Shown here: positions 37,292-42,740 of the stretch, piece after piece
How positions within the stretch are numbered: the first letter of the stretch is position 1
Layout of the letters: the number at the start of each line of letters is the position of its first letter
DNA from: Octopus bimaculoides
Taxonomy: Eukaryota
Reading direction: 5' to 3'
Length of the DNA stretch: 42,740 nt
NCBI RefSeq assembly: GCF_001194135.2
Contig: NC_068987.1
Span: 30,650,082 to 30,692,821 of the forward strand
Notes under the pieces: model-generated
Seen by the model: only the letters and a program-made list of their open reading frames with translations
Databases searched by the model: none
Told to the model about the DNA's origin: nothing
Program-made: the position numbers and the translations under genes

Positions 37292-37949
37292 CAGACAGAG
37301 ATGGAAGGATGGACAGATTGACGGCGAGTCGGGATGAAAGAGACAGGAATAAAAAAAAAACAGATTGAGAGATACATAGGAAAACAGAAATGCAGAATAA
37401 AGAGAAAGAAAGAGAGAGAGAGAGAGAGTACGAAAACAGAGAGAGAACGGGTAAGAGAGAAGAGAAGAAGAGATAGAAGGGAAAAAAAGAACAGAGTATT
37501 TTCGATAGACTCAGAAATATACGTTAAAAGTATCGTACCGTTATTTTTCTTCTTTAANNNNNNNNNNNNNNNNNNNNNNNNNNNNNNNNNNNNNNNNNNN
37601 NNNNNNNNNNNNNNNNNNNNNNNNNNNNNNNNNNNNNNNNNNNNNNNNNNNNNNNNNNNNNNNNNNNNNNNNNNNNNNNNNNNNNNNNNNNNNNNNNNNN
37701 NNNNNNNNNNNNNNNNNNNNNNNNNNNNNNNNNNNNNNNNNNNNNNNNNNNNNNNNNNNNNNNNNNNNNNNNNNNNNNNNNNNNNNNNNNNNNNNNNNNN
37801 NNNNNNNNNNNNNNNNNNNNNNNNNNNNNNNCATACGTATGTTTGTCTCCACCTTCGTATTCTGAAGGTGGGTTACTTTCTACCCACTAACTAACCTTAG
37901 TTATCACCTCCATCTCTCTCCTCCCCTGCTTTCTCTCTCCCTCCCCACT

Positions 37950-37994
<45 letters not shown>

Positions 37995-38415
37995 TTCGAA
38001 TATATACATGTATGTATGTATGTATTTATTCGTGTGTGTGCGTGTATGTATAACTATACGTATATGTATATATACATATAAATATATCTATACATACAGA
38101 TAATATATACAGGTATATATATATATATATATATACACACATGCACATATATATATATGTATTAATATATATACATATGTGTGTATGTATGTATCTATAT
38201 ATATATATTAATATATACATACACACACACACATATATATATATGTATTAATATATATATATATATATATATACATATATATATACATATATATATTAAT
38301 ATATACATATATATACATATATATATATGTATATATATTAATATGAATATATACATATATTAATATTTATATATAATGTAAATATGTATGTATGTATATG
38401 TATATATATATATAT
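33915..38415. repeat. Large compound simple-sequence region: (TA)n, (TG/CA)n, (GATA)n, GA-rich tract, several N gaps
   Basis: Directly visible; includes a 34-bp duplication at 36911-36978 and (GATA)n with recurring GACAGAGATT punctuation at 37050-37300. Confidence 0.92.
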
Positions 38416-38429
38416 TATCTGCTATTTGT

Positions 38430-38605
38430 TATCTTTTAGTTGTTTCAGTCATTAGACTGTGACCATGCTGGGGCACCGCCTTGAAGATTTGAGCCCAGTA
38501 CTTAATTTTCCTTTAAGTCTAGTACTAAAAAACCCTTTAAGGTGATGCTCCAGCATGGCCGCAGTCAAACAACTGAAACAAGTAAAAGAATAAAAGAATG
38601 AAAGA
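38430..38605. mobile_element. Two SINE family A 3' ends in inverted (tails-out) orientation
   Basis: TATCTTTTAGTTGTTTCAGTCATTAGACTGTGACCATGCTGGGGCACCGCCTT … AAGGTGATGCTCCAGCATGGCCGCAGTCAAACAACTGAAACAAGTAAAAGAATA. Confidence 0.85.
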
Positions 38606-39544
38606 ATATGTATATAAACAAGGTNNNNNNNNNNNNNNNNNNNNNNNNNNNNNNNNNNNNNNNNNNNNNNNNNNNNNNNNNNNNNNNNNNNNNNNNNNNN
38701 NNNNNNNNNNNNNNNNNNNNNNNNNNNNNNNNNNNNNNNNNNNNNNNNNNNNNNNNNNNNNNNNNNNNNNNNNNNNNNNNNNNNNNNNNNNNNNNNNNNN
38801 NNNNNNNNNNNNNNNNNNNNNNNNNNNNNNNNNNNNNNNNNNNNNNNNNNNNNNNNNNNNNNNNNNNNNNNNNNNNNNNNNNNNNNNNNNNNNNNNNNNN
38901 NNNNNNNNNNNNNNNNNNNNNNNNNNNNNNNNNNNNNNNNNNNNNNNNNNNNNNNNNNNNNNNNNNNNNNNNNNNNNNNNNNNNNNNNNNNNNNNNNNNN
39001 NNNNNNNNNNNNNNNNNNNNNNNNNNNNNNNNNNNNNNNNNNNNNNNNNNNNNNNNNNNNNNNNNNNNNNNNNNNNNNNNNNNNNNNNNNNNNNNNNNNN
39101 NNNNNNNNNNNNNNNNNNNNNNNNNNNNNNNNNNNNNNNNNNNNNNNNNNNNNNNNNNNNNNNNNNNNNNNNNNNNNNNNNNNNNNNNNNNNNNNNNNNN
39201 NNNNNNNNNNNNNNNNNNNNNNNNNNNNNNNNNNNNNNNNNNNNNNNNNNNNNNNNNNNNNNNNNNNNNNNNNNNNNNNNNNNNNNNNNNNNNNNNNNNN
39301 NNNNNNNNNNNNNNNNNNNNNNNNNNNNNNNNNNNNNNNNNNNNNNNNNNNNNNNNNNNNNNNNNNNNNNNNNNNNNNNNNNNNNNNNNNNNNNNNNNNN
39401 NNNNNNNNNNNNNNNNNNNNNNNNNNNNNNNNNNNNNNNNNNNNNNNNNNNNNNNNNNNNNNNNNNNNNNNNNNNNNNNNNNNNNNNNNNAACTGAAACA
39501 AGTAAAAGAATAAAAGAATGAAAGAATATGTATATAAACAAGGT

Positions 39545-39902
39545 CTCGGGTCCCGTTCCTACTTCATGACATCTTGGGCAAATAACTTCTTTTATAGCTT
39601 AGATCATAATTTGGCAGACAGAAACTGTGCAGAAGTCTTTCTGATGATTGTAACTGTCACTCTGTATAACCTTGTTGCACACTGTCATACTGATTTTTTC
39701 TCCCTGAGAATTACGTTAAAGGTATCCTACCTCGAAGGGATTTAGTGGAACAAGTCAACCCCGGGACTTTTTTTATAGAATAGAATACTTGGATTAAAAG
39801 TATGTAAGTCCCGGGGTCGATTTGTTTGACTAAAGCCTTTCAAGACGGTGCCCCAGCATGGTCGAAGTCAAATGCCTGAAAAAGTAAGAAATAAAAGATA
39901 TG
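39545..39902 (+). mobile_element. SINE family A, old diverged copy
   Basis: …CATCTTGGGCAAATAACTTCT…TTTGGCAGACAGAAACTG…GTCCCGGGGTCGATTTGTTTGACT…GCGGTG-like CCCCAGCATGGTCGAAGTC…AAAAGATA. Confidence 0.7.
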
Positions 39903-40199
39903 CCTATGGAATAGCCTATCACGCGCTAATTCAGTTGAATGAATGTCTGAATACACCTAACACAATCTGACGTCAGAGAATGGCAAATGTGTTGCCCAAG
40001 CTTTGGTCGCTAAAATCCAATGACGTAGAGATGTCTCACTGTACATCGCTGGATTTGTAGATCCCTTTTTGTATTTTGTAAGGTACCCTGGCGATGGATG
40101 CGTGGCAGGAAGTCCTATTTGCGCACATGCTGAGATGAAAGTGAATCACAACATTCAGGTTTAATGGGAGGCGGTTATCTGACAAGATAAGGCAATCAT

Positions 40200-40537
40200 C
40201 ATGTTTGTATGTATGTATGTATGTATGTATGTATGTATGCGTGTGTGTGTATGTATGTGTGTGTATGTATGTGTGTGTATGTGTGTATGTATGTATGTAT
40301 GTACATATAGATGGATGGATGGATGGATGGATGGATGGATATATGTGTGTGTATGTATGCATACATGTATGTATGTATGTATGTATGTATGTATGGACGG
40401 ATGGATGGATGGATTGATGGTTGGATGGGTGGATGGATGTCTGTATGTATACATTTGTGCGCATGTGTGTATCTATGTATGTATGTATGTACGTATCTAT
40501 GTATGTACGTATCAATATATGTATGTAGGTACGTATG
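40200..40537. repeat. (TATG)n/(GATG)n microsatellite
   Basis: Directly visible. Confidence 0.95.
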
Positions 40538-41443
40538 TCTTTTTTGTCTTTCTCTTTTCGATTTAGAGTATATTTTCACAGGCCACCTACTTAACAGCAT
40601 GGTTGTGAAGGAAAGTATCTTGTATTAACCATTATCCTTTATATCTTAAGAAAGACTTGCAGATTTTATAGTCCCAGATATGGTGATTATTTGTAGTGTT
40701 TGAATTAATGATACGGATTTAAGAACGCAAGTTCAAAGCTTACTTTGTTTAAGATGGTTTGGTACATATTCTGTTCCTCCAATAATAATAGATATGAAGC
40801 TGAAAGTGTATTTTGGGTATTGGGTCTGTAAACTTTTTATCAATGGTCCATAGATGTTCTTTTTCTTTTGTATTTTTCTAACAACATTGGTGTCCGGAGG
40901 GCAGCTATTTTCCACAACAGAACATATCTTTTCATTGTTGTCCCATACAACAATATTTGACTGCTTGCGTTTTAACCTGCGGCTGTTTTAATTCTTAAGC
41001 TTCACCAATATTCATTTGACACATTGGTCTCGATATAGTCAACTTCGTCTGTAGGCTTTTTTTTCTCTCTTTTGTTATCCTTCTGGGCACCACATCTTAC
41101 CCCATGGGAAAATAATATCTGGAAAACATTTTCTCGCAGTTGACAATAATGTGGTTCATGTCTTCAGTCTTGGTCTTGCACAGTCGACGTTTGTTATCTG
41201 TTCAAAGTTTTCTGCCTCCTATGCTGTAGGTACTTGGCGGGAATCTCATGTTATTGACTTGCATAGGAGTAGCCTTCAAAGAGGGATGACATAAACTTGT
41301 TGGTACTCCATGCCAAACTTTTGACTTGATCAGTCCCTTCTATGGTTTTTGTTTTTCGTGCCAAGTACCTATGTACTCTCTTCCCAGTGAGCTAGTCTAT
41401 TTTTATATTTTGTTCTAATAGAGAGATTTTAGCAATGCTCCTT
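40538..41443 (-). mobile_element. R4/Dong-clade REL LINE, 5'-truncated 3' end (CCHC finger, REL endonuclease, 3' UTR)
   Basis: HEIPAKYLQHRRQ; NK(R)RLCKTKTEDMNHIIVNCEKMFSRYYFPM (CxxC…H…C finger); IVVWDNNEKICSV.ENSCPPDTNVVRKIQKKKNIYGPLIKSLQTQYPKYTFSFISIIIG (PD..E..K REL region); terminal GTIK(I)CKSFL. Confidence 0.85.
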
Positions 41444-41475
41444 GTATGTATGTATGTATGTATGTATGTATGTGT

Positions 41476-41857
41476 GGAGGCACAATGGCCCAGTGGTTAG
41501 GGCAGCGGACCCGCAGCCATAGGATCACGGTTTCGATTCCCAGACCTAGCGTTGTGAGTGTTTATTGAGCGAAAACACCTAAAAGCTCCACAAGGCTCCG
41601 GCAGGGGATGGTGGCGAACCCTACTGTACTCTTTCACCACAACTGTCTCTCACTCTTACTTCCTGTTTCTGTTGTGCCTGTAAGTTAAAGGGCCAGCCTT
41701 GTCACACTGTGTCACGCTGAATATCCCCAAGAACTACGTTAAGGGTACACGTGTCTGTGGTGTGCTCAGCCACTTACACGTTAATTTCACGAGCAGGCTG
41801 TTCTGTTGATCGGATCGACTGGAGCCCTCGATGTCGTAAGCGACGGAGTGCCAACAT
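41476..41857 (+). mobile_element. SINE family D, full length (tRNA-derived head)
   Basis: A-box TGGCCCAGTGG, B-box-like GGTTTCGATTCCC, body shared with 5850-6062. Confidence 0.88.
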
Positions 41858-42339
41858 CTATGTATGTATATGTATGTAAAAATTCGTATGAGAGAGGGGA
41901 GTTTTTTTTCAGACGTATTGAAAGCATGGTTATGTTCAAGTTTTATTTTTCTCCAATGAACGTGTTGTATACTAACGTTTTCCTGACAATTTTACTTTGT
42001 GGTGTGTAACGCCGTGTTGAAATGCCTTCTTGTTTTATCTAAATGGTAAGCCTCACGCTAGTGTGTTGGATGCATATTTTACAAATTCAAGGCGAACATT
42101 ATAGAATGGAACACAAAGGACATCACATCAAACTGTAAAATAACACTCATAAAAACACTTAATTCAACAATTTCCTTGGCAATAACAAACAACAAGCATT
42201 TAAACCCGAAGACAAGCTACGAATGAATGATCAAAGTAACTTATGAATTCGAATTCATACATGAAAGTTGTAAACTTCACAGCCCTTTTATTGAAATTAA
42301 TCTATCTATCTGACTGTTTGACTGCCTATCTGCCTGGCT

Positions 42340-42421
42340 TTCTGTGTTTATATCTATAGCCTATCTATATGTCATGTCAATTTCTCTGTCTGTCTCTGTC
42401 TGTCTGTCTCTCTCTTTCTCC

Positions 42422-42456
<35 letters not shown>

Positions 42457-42505
42457 CGCGCACACACACACGCGCACACACACACGCGCACACACACACA
42501 CACAA
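42340..42505. repeat. (CTGT)/(CT)/(CA)/(CACGCG) microsatellite
   Basis: Directly visible. Confidence 0.9.
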
Positions 42506-42565
42506 ATGCAATAAGATATTATTACGGTAAATTAATATATTATGATATATTAAATACATTTATTG

Positions 42566-42740
42566 GCGCAGGAGTGGCTGTGTGGTAAGTAGCTTGCTTA
42601 CCAACCACATGGTTCCGGGTTCAGTCCCACTGCATGGCACCTTGAGCAAGTGTCTTCTACTATAGCCTCGAGTCAACCAAAGCCTTGTGAGTGGATTTGG
42701 TAGACGGAAACTGAAAGAAGCCCGTCGTATATATGTATAC
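42566..42740 (+). mobile_element. SINE family A, young 5' half, cut by window end
   Basis: GGCGCAGGAGTGGCTGTGTGGTAAG…GGTTCCGGGTTCAGTCCC…GAAAGAAGCCCGTCGTATATAT. Confidence 0.92.

Overview
AT-rich, gap-ridden animal genomic DNA. The SINE families and extreme microsatellite load suggest a coleoid cephalopod, most likely Octopus (inference from recognition, no search run). Only one host coding exon is supportable: the first coding exon of a cGMP-dependent protein kinase (PKG / PRKG1 / foraging) on the minus strand (10634-10932; leucine zipper, RAQGISAEP autoinhibitory motif, GTAAGT phase-2 donor). Positions 1-10633 are therefore probably its first intron and 10933-42740 upstream or 5' intronic DNA. 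The rest is decayed mobile DNA: a DD34D mariner, three restriction-like-endonuclease (REL) LINE clades (HERO, CRE, two R4/Dong pieces), RTE and CR1 LINE relics, two or three Penelope-like elements, at least four tRNA-type SINE families (about 30 copies or fragments), an element carrying (CCCTAA)n, and large compound microsatellite fields. Nearly all ORFs in the supplied track are microsatellite or N-gap artefacts. I cannot support a new multi-gene system. Best leads: a minimal hammerhead-ribozyme core with a palindromic stem III (23390-23422); an R4/Dong LINE with both junctions in (CATA)n; two different Penelope GIY-YIG endonucleases back to back; and a dense SINE pile-up with a ~200-bp inverted pair about 5 kb upstream of the PKG exon. 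Element boundaries are approximate and family assignments come from hand-translated motifs.
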